Positions 49,816-63,533 of a stretch of DNA of 64,000 bases are shown one piece after another. The notes below the pieces were generated by a model. That model did no database searches, was not told the origin of the DNA, and saw nothing but the letters and a program-made list of their open reading frames with translations. The stretch's first letter is position 1. Each line of letters opens with the position of its first letter. Source of the stretch: Fimbriosthenelais zetlandica (taxonomy: Eukaryota). The translations under genes were made by a program, and so were the position numbers. Where the stretch lies: positions 39,494,001 through 39,558,000 of the forward strand of contig OZ365111.1 in assembly GCA_977030845.1 (NCBI GenBank). Reading direction: 5' to 3'.

Positions 49816-52098
49816 GATGACTTCCTGATCTGTTACGATAATATTAATAATGTCACAAAATCAAGGATCAGTCCAGGAAGTGAACCTATAATGTGGTTTG
49901 CTGAGGCTCCTTCCATAATGAATAATGGACAAGAGTTTATTATATGCTTAATTTAATTGGGCCCAGTCAATGGTCCACATTGGCGTTTAGGCTACTATGC
50001 AATTATTATGTCTGTAAAAGTTCCAACCAATAGACCAACTCAGTTATCCACTTGTTCTTTAATATAGAAATATATATTATTTTATATAATATAGAAATAT
50101 GCTTTTAGTATTAAGGATTTGGAAATAAATTTGTAAATATCGTTTCTCTTTTTCTACATCAGCTCAAGACGACCACCTGATGAGCTGCTCCTTTTCATTA
50201 AAGTCAATCTCATAGAGCGATCTGCGAGTCGCGCCATACTGGCTTTGAGCAGGGAAAGTCTTCCAGAAGTGGGAGCGATAATAGGGTAAGTGGCTACATT
50301 TCCAATCTTTGTTTAATGCTGGGCTCGTGCTGGCCTTGTTTACCATGCCGTTCACTAAGTCTAAAAGCCCCGGCCGAGTATTTATCATGGTCATTTCCAC
50401 GGGAAACTTTATCAGTGTGTGCGATAGGCATTGGTCATAATGGCTGAGCAAAGAAAGCCATATGCTGGCCCTGCTCGCCATGGCGATGGTGGCCACCCCT
50501 TTCGGCTGGGATCGTGATGGATACCGAGTTTGCCAACTGATAACCGAACCGGCGGGTAAACAAGAACAGGCCCGGCCCAGCGACCGTCATTTCCTGGCTT
50601 GCTTGCTTCCTGGAAATATGGCGCTGTATTTCACGGATAATCACGAGGCAGATAAGCGGCCCCACCCCCGATCCCGACCCCCACCCCTCCCAGGCAACCC
50701 CAGCCAATTCCTCTTCCTCCTCCATCCCAGACACACCCTTTTGGTTGGAGACCATCTCAGGTGAAAATATGGATGTTTGAGCGTTAATAAAGAACGAGTA
50801 ATATGTCATACCAAACAAGGGGGCGCCACGCCGAGAGATATAAAGTACGCTTTTCATGATCGATGTGATTTTTTATTCTCGCCTCTATTTCCTTGTCATG
50901 GTGCAAGTGTTAATTATGGATTCTTGTCGAAGCTACATCAGTATGATATACCATTATAGTTATTAAAATCTAGGAATGGAATTTCATTACCATCCTTGCA
51001 AGACATCAAGCATTAAACCCAAACATTATATTATCCCATTTTTAAATATACTATCTGCTGATTGGCAACTTAATTGCTGAACCACCCACTGCTAAACTCA
51101 AGTATTAAATGAGTCAATTTTTACGGATATTCCTTCAAGTTCTGAAAGTTTAATCAAGCCATTAAAGCTGCCCTTCACTGATCCTTTGATCCTGGTCTAG
51201 AAGGACTGGGAACAATAAATGGAGGCCTGGGTCAGGCAGTGTCACTTTACTCGCCTCTATCTCTCCCTCTGTTTGCTTGCCCCGCGGGGAAGCTGCCGCC
51301 TTTAATGCTGACACCATATGGTCGAAAAGTCATATTTTTCTCCGATTTAATTAAGTCTATACTGCCAGTGCCACGACTTCAGCACAAACGGTATGGTTAA
51401 ATTAATTATATTTAGACCACCTGCAGTTACTATCGAGTTGTTACATGGATTTCTATTTATATATTATGAAAATATCTCTATCCAGTTTTCCAATAATGGA
51501 ATAATAAATTTTAGGGCTATTATAAAAATAGAATTAGAATAGAAAAATTAATAGAAAGTCTAGAAAGTAGGACAGGCGGCAACCTTTAAAGATAAAATAA
51601 TCTCTAGAGGCAAATATATTTAAAAATGAAATTCATGTTTTGTTCCTGTTCAGTCCTCATGACCAAAATATAGGATAACTTTCTCTTGTAATTTGACCCA
51701 GAAAAGCACCTGTGTCAAGTCAAGCTAACTATCAAATTTATAAGTTCATTAGTAAATGAATAAAATTTATCCTTTCACTCGATCTGCTATTACATTTCCC
51801 CTTATCAGGAAAATCTGTCAGGTCATTCGTGAATACATTCTTGTCACTTGAAACTTAAGGTACCCAAACTCATGCCAGGTTACTAATACCTCGAACGAAG
51901 GGGAAACCCCACCCCACCCATCCTAATATCCACGTGCGCTTATCCCCAAATTTATTTTTTTTTCACTTCCTATATTAGACAACATAATAATTAGCGATGA
52001 AATGGATACATATACTTTAATAATATTAATATTACTCTATGTATTTATTCAATACATGTATTGTGCATGTTCCAACTGCTGACAATTGATTTATTAAT

Positions 52099-52148
52099 TG
52101 AATGAATGAGTGAATGAATGTTCGAATGAATGAATTAATGAATGAATG
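52099..52148. repeat. Imperfect (GAAT)n microsatellite
   Basis: TGAATGAATGAGTGAATGAATGTTCGAATGAATGAATTAATGAATGAATG. Confidence 0.88.
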
Positions 52149-52196
52149 TTGATTTGTCGCCATGCCAGCTGCTAAGGATGATGCATCAACCCTTCA

Positions 52197-52276
52197 AAAA
52201 TATTTTGACTAGTTAAAATATTTTGACCAGTTATATTAGGGCCTATGTTATTGATATGATATTATGTTATTGATAT
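52197..52276. repeat. Two adjacent short tandem duplications (18-bp and 19-bp period) just left of the 1-kb MITE
   Basis: AAAATATTTTGAC(T/C)AGTT x2 (52197-52232) and TATGTTATTGATAT x2 (52244-52276). Confidence 0.85.
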
Positions 52277-52308
52277 TTTAGTGTTATCTTTTATTATAAC
52301 AATAGATA

Positions 52309-53345
52309 GGGGAGAGTGGGTAGACTTGGGACATATTTCGGTGGACTGACTTTTCGGTCCATATCTGAGAGACAAATCAAGATATATTTATTTTTTAAAG
52401 TTCTTTGTGTTACTATGGTAACCTGCTAAAGTATGTCCAGGGTTGTTTCTTCTTACCATAAAGCCTCTAGTGTAGAGAACACTGTCCAATGTGTCCCCAC
52501 AACAGGGAGACTTGGGACGGGGCTGGGGTGACATGGGACGGGGTCAGGGAGACATGGGACATATTTCGGTGGACTGACTTTTCAGTCCATATCTGAGAGA
52601 CAAATCAAGATATATATATTTTTTAAAGTTCTTTGTGTTGCTATGGTAACCTGCTAAAGTATGTCCAGGGTTGTTTCTTCTCACCATAAAGCCTCTAGTG
52701 TAGCCCCACAACAGGGAGACTTGGGACATGGTTGGGGTGACATGGGACAGGGACACGTGAGGGAGACATGGGACACTACAGGTAAATTGTAGATAATCCC
52801 GGCTTTACAGTAGTTCATCTGGCTAAAACCACAACCAGTGTAATATCTACATTAGTACACGTTGTGAGAAATATTTCGGAACGGATTTTGGTTATTTTTC
52901 GGGAAACACATGCAAAAAAAAGTATAATGAAGGGAGACTTGGGTCCCAAGTCTCCCTAACCCCACTGTCCCAAGTCTCCCAACGGCCCATTTTTCAAAAA
53001 TATGCCTACCAAAATCCTAAAATCCTTTAATATACAATTACAACACCAGAAAACAAGAGAAATAGTGTATTTCGATGAGTAGCACACAAGAACAAATCCA
53101 ATGGTCGAATAACTTGACCGCTGGATGAGCTACAACGAGGGCTCAAAAAGAAGTTGAAATTCCCAAAAACATAAAAATTGGGCTGGTTGCCACAATTCTT
53201 TATAAAAATTGATGATATTACATATGATTTTATTTTGGACATGGGGAATATAAATTTTGTAGTCAAAACATAAATTTACCAATGCTAAGTTAGTAATAAC
53301 AACAGTGTCCCAAGTCTCCCTTGTCCCAAGTCTACCCACTCTCCC
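52309..53345. mobile_element. Non-autonomous DNA transposon (MITE-like, 1037 bp), TA-flanked, probably Tc1/mariner-pogo superfamily
   Basis: Perfect 24-bp TIRs GGGAGAGTGGGTAGACTTGGGACA (52310-52333 and inverse 53322-53345; one extra G on the left). TA at 52307-52308 and 53346-53347. Many subterminal GGG(A/T)GAC(T/A)TGGGAC motifs; no transposase ORF. The superfamily is inferred from the TA flanks. Confidence 0.85.
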
Positions 53346-56300
53346 TAAGACTACAATGTTTCCCATGTGGCCCATGTTTCCGCCCATTTAATAAGATCGA
53401 CCTGTTGATTTTATTCATAATGAATCTACACCATGGGTCCATTTAAAAAAAAATTATTATCTCACTTATAGGTTATTTTGTTTGTAAGCCTACAAACGAT
53501 GGGTTTGGAAATTGCACGTAATTAAATGAGATGACAGCGATACCCTCCTTAATGAGTCCCGGGACCTGGGATGGGTTAACCTTGCAGTGTCACCTGTACA
53601 ATAAAGGTCGCCTGTCAACGTAAGTGACGTTACGTTGGGCCATTTGGGTTAAGTGACACGTGCTGCCACCAGTGGCTGTGCACCAAAACACATTGCCAGT
53701 TGAGCTAATTACACGACCTGCCCGTGTCAGTGACTATAATCCGATTCATGTCCCTTTTCAGGAATTATGATTTTAAACAAAATTTTAGCTTTTTTGGAAC
53801 TGATGAAATGTTTAGCAATTCATCCACATCTTGGCTCATTGAGAAGGCTAGCTATACTTCCCGTATGAGTTCCAAAATCACCAGGCTAAACCGCCAATTT
53901 CCATATGCTACTATGGTTCATTCTGCTCGATTTTCTTGCATCTCACAAATCGATGATTTCATATTTTTTAGTCGAATTTAGTCCCCCCCCATGTTATGGT
54001 ATGATATGATGTGTTGGAAGAGCCAGCCTTAATATTTCTTAATGTGTAGGCTAAAGATCGTATAGGGCCAATGTTCAGTACAATAGGTAAGCTAAGCATC
54101 GTATACGTAAAGTAATCTATGTAAGTAGTATAGGAAAAGGGTGATCAAGCGATTATGTGGTGGTAGTTTAATCGGGATTTCAGAGCATTTAAATTTTACC
54201 TCTGCAAAAAGCTTCATTGGAGCTCACCATTCATAAAATGGACTTGCAAAGGAATATTGAAGATAGGTTCAAATATAATACACTGGCCACTGAATGTGGC
54301 CATATCATGAGATAGTGTGCACAGTGCACTGATCGAGCAGGACTATCTATCTCGCTTCACTTATATTCAGTCATCAATTCCACCCAAATCATTATTGATA
54401 TGCTCAATGCAAGTCTTCATTCATCTTCAACTTATGTGTCGCTTTTTCAACCATCACCCACAAACGGCCTCTGAAAGTTTCATTCTGGATGGCTTTTAGC
54501 AGAGCCAAGCAGGCTTTGTTAATCTCTGTGTGGGCGCTCTCAGGAAATGTAACACCGGTTTATTTAATCCTCTTCAAATAGAAGGAGAAAGCAGGATGGA
54601 ACAGCTACAGTCATAAGAGGTCGTAATCGGAGCGCGTCTCCGTCACCTCTGACCTGGCCAGCCAACCACCTAGCTTTTCATCATTCACTGCGGGACAGAC
54701 CTTCCCGCACCAGTCACGTGATGCTCCTCGCCCAATCGCATCTCGAGGGTCATCTCTGGTCGGGGAATCTCTATTCAAGTGTCACGTCTCATGCATTTCA
54801 ATATGTGCTTATTATGGCCTCTTAGAAATGGCCAGCAGTCTTCTCGACAGAAATTTCGTGCACATTATATCCATTTTTGCATTTGCTGTATCTTCATGCG
54901 CTGCAGCTAGTGCATGGTATAGATAATAGGCTGCCGCATAAATGTGTATGCATGAAATAGTTGAGCTTTGAAAACCTCCCTATAGAATAATAAAGTTTTC
55001 TGGAAGGCTTTTATGAGTAAATCATTTTACATGTTTTAACACAATTGAATATGTTGTAAAACACACTCTATAATAATAGCTTATAACAACTAGATTCACC
55101 GATACTTCAATGCTGTTTTGAAAAGCAAAGCAACCTAGCTTCTGTTTCACATATCACTGACCCTGAAAGTGAAATAGCAGTGACCCTGTACTTGGTTCGG
55201 ATTGTAAAACCTCGAATGATAGAGATCTTGATTGTCCAGACTCCCTGTCACATGCGGGGTGATAACGTTACGTATAATCCCATCTAAATGACCCCCATAA
55301 AGCCCACTGCTCCTTCAATAAATGGATATAACCATATGGAGGAGGTGTTAGTGACAGAACATTATCAAAATGCTAGACTATAAAATATTTATGTCAACAT
55401 CAGATTGTCAGAGATTCAACAAATTTATCACTCCGATAAATTTCCCATTCAATTCTGACAATTTTCAAGAAGAATATTATTTCAAGAAAAAATGTCTTCA
55501 TGCATGAAAGTTTATGTGGATTTCTGCCTGATGGGTGTCAAATATTTTGTGTACACATGCACATCCAAGCAGAACCAATATTATGTTTACGCCTATATAT
55601 TCATGAACCATTAGGCCAATTAACGCTGTCTCCAGCCGTCCTGCAATCATCAAGCAAAAACAATCAAGTTACAAACTACCGAATCTAATTGCTCGGGGAC
55701 CGCATCATTTCAGGTCAAATCGGTTGTACCTTCCCTCCTCCCACCATCACCACCCCTCTCATTCAAAACAGCTTGTAGTCGGCCGAGAGAGCAATTACCC
55801 CCGCGGGGTGAATTAAAGCTGTAGAAGACAAGGCCTCGAGGCCATGTGTGGCTTGTGTGGCGCGGACCTGGCTGCATGCTCCCCTATTGCCTATAGTAGT
55901 TGTTCACCATGTAGGCCTACCATGCTCACTGATCGTCACGCTGATTAGAATCACACACGCGATAACTGTCATCTATTTATTTTCTCTCTATACAACCATG
56001 CATATCGCTTCAACCAGTGTATATCAGCCATTACGCATATGGCTAATATTCGCTGAGAATAAGCCGAATTGTCATCCATGAGAAGTATATATTTCATGAA
56101 TTTTTAAATGTATGCATGACTGTATGAGGATACATCACATCTTGCCCAAATCGGAGACGAAATTTGAAATAAAATTATATCTCTTGCCGCGCGACCTAGG
56201 TGTTGATGAGTATATCGCTTGGAGGCGGAACTTGCGGAGGTCAGAGGCGGGGGAAGGAAGCGGTGAGAAAGGAGGGGGTGCTTGTGCATGGAGAGGCAAT

Positions 56301-59300
56301 GGACGCCTGGAGGAAATAGGATATTGGACTCCGAGCCCCCGGGGCTATAGGAGGAAGAGGTGCTGGATGGAACCAGAGATATATTATATCTATAGAGGCA
56401 CTGGCCATGCAGATATTGCACAGCCATAGATTATATTATTAAAATAGATTAGACTGATATTGATGATTTTATCTATGGGTATAGGCTATACTTTTTTTGG
56501 TACCTATATCTATATAGGTTAGTATAATTTACTTAAATATTTAATTTGTTTATAGTCAAATGTAATGTTTCCTGGAATATGAAAGGTTATTCCTGAAGCT
56601 GTGCAAAAGCAGATAGGTTTACTTTTGTTCAGAAGCAAGCTTCTTTCATATAAAATCACTTTAAAATACCGTACCCCGTACACGAGCAACTCCCATCTTC
56701 TGATGGATTTGCTGCAATTTCTGACTGATGTCTGAGCTTTAACCCTTGCATCCTGTACCACATAAATCTGACCCTTTCTTTACCGGTCGCCTTCATCTAG
56801 AGTCCGGGAGAATTAACCTGGAGATAGCCGCTGGGGTCGAGCAGGGGGCCGCCCGCCCCATTACTCCATTACCGGGCGAGTAGCTCACTGACTCCGGGCG
56901 ACTCACGCTACCGCCCGCCGGCCCTGACGCCTCACAAACTAATACAATGATACGCCACAGGCTTGCTGAGAGATATGGTAGATTTTCCACGTCCACAAGC
57001 GAAGCAATTTTGTATTAAAATGAAAAGGCATTAAAAGGTCATCTTTTGTCGTAATGAAGGCTTTCGACCTCAAAATAAATTTAAATAGGGCCCTCATAGG
57101 TTAGCTCCGTAAGCTTTTTATAAAAAAAGAAAAATCAACTGTGCTATTCTTCATGATAGAAATTGTGTCAAGCCTGCATGTACATGTACTTCGCTCGCCC
57201 AAACACCCATGCTTGCCCCTCACCCGACAAGCCCCGAGTCCACGAGTTCTTCTCGTGTAAAATCCACATTAATTTAGAGGTTGGTATTGGGAAGGGCTTT
57301 GATCCCAGTGGGCAAGGTTAACTAAGGGTAGTAGCATAGTGGATTTGGCAGGGACTGTTAACAGGGTAAGAGTAGGTTTTCATGTGAAGGGTATTCAATT
57401 GACTAAAATGTTGCCGAAGCATTTTGGATTAATGCCAAGCGAGAAACCGGTCATTCCGGAGGAAGGTAGCCTCAGTATATTTAAACTGGGAATTAATAAT
57501 ATATTGTAGATTTTCTGAGTTTATTGAGTGAAACTGTTCCGTAATTGCTGCTCTCTAAAATAGAAATTCCATAATTTTCAGGAGAAGTGATTAATGAGAT
57601 TTGATTCAGATGTTCAATGTCAAGTCCTGATATCATCAACTGTCAGTTAGACACAGATTATGTTATCAGATGGTTTTTGGTGAGGCTATCCATGGTCTGA
57701 TGAGCGTCAGTAGTATATGGAATCAGTGCCATGTCGAAGGTTAAGAACGCTTTGTGTTTTACTATGCCACATTAGTATTCATAGTAAATGCGTGACACAA
57801 CCAACTCAAACCTCAGTACCTAACTCGATTAAAAAACAGATTTAATTGCTGTATAGGCCTACGGTATAAAAGGAATTGAAAAGATGGTTGTGAGCACTTA
57901 ATGATTTGCATTGAAAACTCGTGTCTGGCACGGGCTATAATTTGTCCGTGGTTACCGAACTAATTCCAAACCATTTTTAATAAATCATAAACAATCATCA
58001 TGACAAGAGGTGTTCACGGGTTGGGAGAATATACAATGGAGTCACCCTTGCCTCTTCCACCGCACAGGCAACAGTTATGTAACAATGATTTCGTGATTAG
58101 CATTAACATTAATTGGAACTAATTGCATGTGGAAAGCAGCCTTTTGGTCTGCACCTGGGCATTGCTGTTTAGCATGTGATATGGGGAGAAAAAATCTGCT
58201 ATCATTATCTGACATCTATGAAACCCGCTATTATAGATGGAAATCTGATGTTTTATTACTGCTGAATTGCTTGTCAGAAATATAATAAAATTCAAAATAG
58301 CAGAAGGCGACAACGATCAGCCAATACAAGCCCTATTCATAACATTTTCATACTTTCAACTTGCCTTATCGGTCGGTATCATAGAAAAGCAAAGCTCTGT
58401 TAGATTAAATTTTTATATTATTGGATTCTCTTGGCATTGACGATTATCTGCTTTTATTTCATACTTTGAATATTGACAAATGTCACAAAACTACAATCTT
58501 TGCATCAGAGCAAAACTCCCAAGCGACAAGATGGATGTAATTGATACTTCATTCGAATCGAAACTATTCATATTCATCTAGCTTCTACATCCCCGAGCAA
58601 ATTGCAAATTGCTTCTCCAATGCTCGGTCAATAACAATAGTCCATTGTCTCATTACTGCCTCGATCTTTTATAGGCTCTCTTCAGTGTACCTGCGAACTG
58701 ATGTATTTGTTGGTTGATGTTAAACCACAAACCATCTTCTCTTCTCGCTGATTATTGGCATTTCACAATATGACCGACAGCTCTCGCCGAGGACATTTAG
58801 ACTATAAGAACGAGCCTAAAGCTTGGCGCTCATCATATCACTTTGTTTGATCTCGTCTGAATACCTGCCAGAGTCGGGCGCTGAAGCAGGCGCCCACCTT
58901 CAGGCAAGTAGCACATATAATTGACGGAGGAGTTGTGTTTGATAGAAAAGGGGCCGTGGTCAAATATCCGGCGCTCCGATTCGCCTACCATTAGTGCATA
59001 TCGATGACTGCACTAAAGCAAGAGTGATGCGCCTCTCCCCCTCGCAACAACCATCTAGTGAACGCTCGAAAACACGGAACGACGAAGAGAGAGACAGAGA
59101 GCTGGGCCCCCACGCCACACCATCGATCAATGGGGGGAAAACGGACGAGCGCAGCCAGGCCCATTATGTGCTTAATAATGTAGACCAAAGGAAGTGAATT
59201 AGGCGAATATTTATCGACGGCTAAATGAGCGACACGTCCGGCTCGGTCTGATGCATTGTGGGTACCGGAAATGCTGTGCATCATCCGTTTAACACTGGCA

Positions 59301-62300
59301 GTGAGCTCCCCTGGGGAGAAAGGCTGCTGTTTTTATCACTCTTTGAGATGACTGGGCATTCGAATAAAGATGACACGTTTTTATCATAAATACCCAGACC
59401 ACACGTAGGCTATACACTGAACATTGCTTTCAAAATGGACATTCTCTGCTTGAAATATTGATGAGTTTTATGGACTATGGATCAAGCAATTTCCCAATGC
59501 CAAAAGAATTGAAATGGCGATGATCACATTTATAATGGGTGATGACCAAATACAAGGCACATGTATGTAGTTCGACTAAAGGTCTACCTTGTTGATATGG
59601 GGAAGGGATCTGTGCGCCACTCCATCCCAAGCACATGTACTCGTAAACTACTCCCTAGCACTTCTACGCGACTCAACACTATCATCCACATCTCTATTGA
59701 TGTCCTGAAGTTGCAACCCGATCCCTCTAATTATCACCCAATCAGAACAAAAATAATAACAATGGAATATTATTAGCCAAAGAAACCTGCATGGGAAGGA
59801 CATCAGAAGGGGCGATGTAATTATTGTGGGAACTTGCATGTCTGTCCGTAAACCGATCATGCTGGTGCCTTTTAATTGTTTCCACATGGTGTTTTTATAT
59901 CAAACCTCTTATTTTTACATTTGTTGCGTTTGAAGCTGTCTTTATTCTGTTGATGTGCGTAACAGTAGGGGGCGGGTTGATGAGCCTTGCATCAACACCT
60001 TGATGTTTGTCGACTCCCCGTGGCTCTGATGCCCCTTGCCCCCGCTGCGTTATGCCCTCCCGTCTACCAAGGGTGCCTTCTACTATAAGGCCCTTTGTCC
60101 GTGCTTTGCTCAATGCACCCTGTAGGCCTATAGTCCCCAGCTGATGGGACAGTTCTTTTTAACTCTAAATGCTTCCTTGTCTAAACGGATTTAGCTGTTA
60201 TCTCTAGCCTTTAACCTCTACCACCTTAGCCATTGTGTGTGGACATTGATCCGTTCCAGTTCTACGTCTACTGGGTCACCCTTTTCCCAAATTCCCAGAG
60301 CGAGGGGGGTGACCTTGGCGCTTGCATGCACCACACGCGCCACGTGTTAGCATGGCTCTGAGGCAAAGGTAGAGTGAAATCGTTCATAAATTGTTCCATA
60401 ATGATGCCCTTTTATGGCACTGTTTGAACATGTGACGTGATGACGTTACTTGTTTGGTGACGCAGTCTCATTGTTTCCCCTGACGTCTTGATAGTGGAAC
60501 CCGTATTTGCACCAAACGCTATAAAGCTGTCTGATAGCCCCATGGCTATTATGGGCACACTTGCACACCTTTGGACTATGGCTGGCCCCATAGGTATAAC
60601 AAATTACCATGATTTTATGGTTATATCACAGCCCGATGGGAGTAAAACACGAATATTAGCCTACAAGTACATGTAATATCGTGATTATACTACAAGCAAA
60701 ATGAACAGCTGACGGGCCGCTATAGAGCTATATTATTGCCTACATAATTGTCACAGTATGGACGATGCGAGATCACGTCATAATTATGATTATGATGATA
60801 AAAGTGTAGAAAAGAATTGATTGGAATGCTTGCAGTAAAAAGACATTGATCATGTTGTTCTTTACAACAACCTCACTCCCGATGATGATATAGACATCAA
60901 AGATTAATGAAAAGAATCGGCAGGTCTGCAGGGTTAATTTTCCAGCTGGAAAACAACATGAATAAAAAATACCCTAAATATGACCATTTATGGATGGTAG
61001 GATTTGACGACTATTGGTAAAGATGATCCACTCTTCCGGTGACTGTGGGAGCGTTCAATACAAAGCGATGCGCATTTGTTGAAGAGATCCAGTAGCCTTT
61101 CTATATAGGTGGATCCAGTACCTTTTAGATCCATCAAATATCTATAATCTGTATAGATCTACAACTTCTACATGTGGCTCTATCGAAATGTAGGGAATAC
61201 TCTATCGGGAGATATTCTCCCCCATTTCAAAGAGTAATACACTTTTTACGAGGCAACTTGAATTGTAAAGGAGTTAAACATTTAAATTGTATGATCTTGT
61301 TGCATGGTAGGATGATCTTGTAGTTGCTTATTAGTTTGCTCGCTCCTCCATTGTGTAACAAGCTTCGGGTTTCCCTTCCGCGAGGTCAGGGAAGGTCATG
61401 TGAAAGTTACACGGTCGATCACACCTAGAAACAAGGAGGCGCGCCGGGACTAGCTTCAGGTGTGCCCGCCCTTCTGTGGTTTCATGACCACCACCCGCGG
61501 ACTCTTCTTGTCAATACTATAACTCATCTCTTTAGCATGCACTGTGAAACTGTTCAAGTAGAGAGGACTCGGGTAGAAAAAAGGGGTGGCATGAGTGTTT
61601 CCATACCGTACTCGCGAACACTGCCGCACGTGGGCAACCTTTGTTGCTATGCCAACCAGGTATCCTGTCCGCTGTCCGAACTTGGCTGGAGGAAGTTCAG
61701 TATCGATAGAGAAGTTGGGGCTGGCAGGTGAAGTGTCCCCTCACCCAGGTGTAGGTGGGGTAAGCCCGTGGTACCTGCCATGAGAAACCACGTCCTCTCC
61801 TCAATACTCCATTTGTCTGGAGATCTTTGCACTCCCTCTCTAATGAGAACGCAAGGTGTCTATACGCTATACTCATTATTGGAGGAATTGGGAGGAGTCC
61901 ACCAACTTTGTCTTCGAGATTCTTTTAAAAATAAGTTCTCTTTCTTTGCAATGACGCGTGTCTTCCCCTCGGTGGAAATAATGTCATTCAATGTCTGTTG
62001 TATGCCAACCCATAGCATTATTGATGCCTCGATGAACGCGTTTGCCTATAAGAAACAGTTCTTTGACTTAGATATGGGTACCCATTCTTTTCTTCATGAA
62101 TGAACCGTTGTGTTGCGGCATATTCACAGTTAAAATTATTCGTACTTCCTGTTTGGTGATTAAAAAATCTGGTTTGATCGTGATTTGTTGCATGCCAGCG
62201 CATGTAGTATTGAAAGTACTGTACTTAGTCCCATTATATTCTGATACTTATAAGCTATATAATATTATGTTTGGCCAAAAATCCTCGCATTTCTATTAGG

Positions 62301-63461
62301 CCTACATGTATTGCTGACGTAGATGCAAAGCTAAAATTTGTCTTATAGGCCCTACGACATATGTCATGCTGTCTCCATGGCTTTTGAGTCTCGAAAGTAA
62401 GGGAGAATTGGTTCTGTTATCAATTATTAGTCTAATTTCGGACATTAAAGAACATCCAACAGTTTCGATGTATGCATAATTGACTCAGAACTCTATGATG
62501 AAGGCGTTTAAAAGGCAATCAATAGACCAACAGTATGCCCTAGATTGTCAGGTAGAGGGATCAGGCAATCCTTGAAACTCGAGTCTTTGACATCCTGCCA
62601 GCACTAATGGAAGGCAAATAATACAAGGATTGATCTTGTAAGTTCCTCTATGAAGAGAGAATAGCTGAATAAGAGTCACTTTGCCCGGACAACAAGCAAA
62701 CACGACTTGGCGTTATTGCGTCATTTATATTCGAGTATAGACCTATAGTCACTGTCGCATTGCCTTTACACTGCTTGCCGCCCACCAAAATCTTACCTTT
62801 CTCTTTCTGAGATAGGCCTAGAAATAAAATAACAGCTGAATGCATTTTGCTGGGCCAAATTTAAATTCAGAACTAAATGGTGTAGGCCTAGGGACGGCAC
62901 AAAGATATTGTAGTATCAATATTGTTCGAGCAGTGTCGCTTCTATAACGGCAAACATATTTACAGATCTGAAATCATTAGACCACATTATCTTAATGATA
63001 ATGACGCCCATTCATTTGTTCGACCCTTTCTTCACCTGGTTCCCGACCCAATAATTGTGAACATTAAGCTGCTGCCCTGGGCGATAATAGGGGATTTGAC
63101 CGTTCATCCGCAGGCTGCGGCCGGGTTGTACATAGCGCGGCCCAATATGCCATAGTCTTCATCACTTGTAATGAGGGTGATTCGTGATCGTTTGTCATCA
63201 TCACTTGCTGCATCAGCGTCCTGCTGTTGTTACATTTATCCCATCTTCTATCTTTGTTATGGCAAAGAGAAAGTGTAGCAGCTGCAGGCATATGCCCCCC
63301 AAATAGGTCTACCTGCTCTAATATGCAGGCCTAAGTCGTCCTCTTCGAGGCCCGAGGTCTATATTTTCAATGGCTGAACTTTATAGGCATATATGAACAA
63401 TAATCAGTGCAATGGTTCTTAGCAGATTCGAATTCTGATCTTTTGAGTGATTCCATAACCT

Positions 63462-63533
63462 CAGGGGCCCGTTTCCGCGTAAAATTTCGCATAGACTTAG
63501 CATTGCGAATGGTTGTTCTGAAACAGGCCCCTG
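63462..63533 (+). mobile_element. Tiny TIR element (72 bp), longest copy of a 4-copy family
   Basis: CAGGGGCCCGTTTC...GAAACAGGCCCCTG (13/14 inverted match); the internal sequence is shared with copies at 5336, 20622 and 49761. Confidence 0.75.

Noticed and set aside
50164-50857. Overlapping 100-140 aa ORFs on both strands
   Set aside because: No homology apparent; stop-poor GC-rich sequence.
52505-52775. Short repeats separated by spacers, superficially CRISPR-like
   Set aside because: Eukaryotic context, irregular spacing, non-unique spacers and enclosure within TIRs; these are transposon subterminal motifs.
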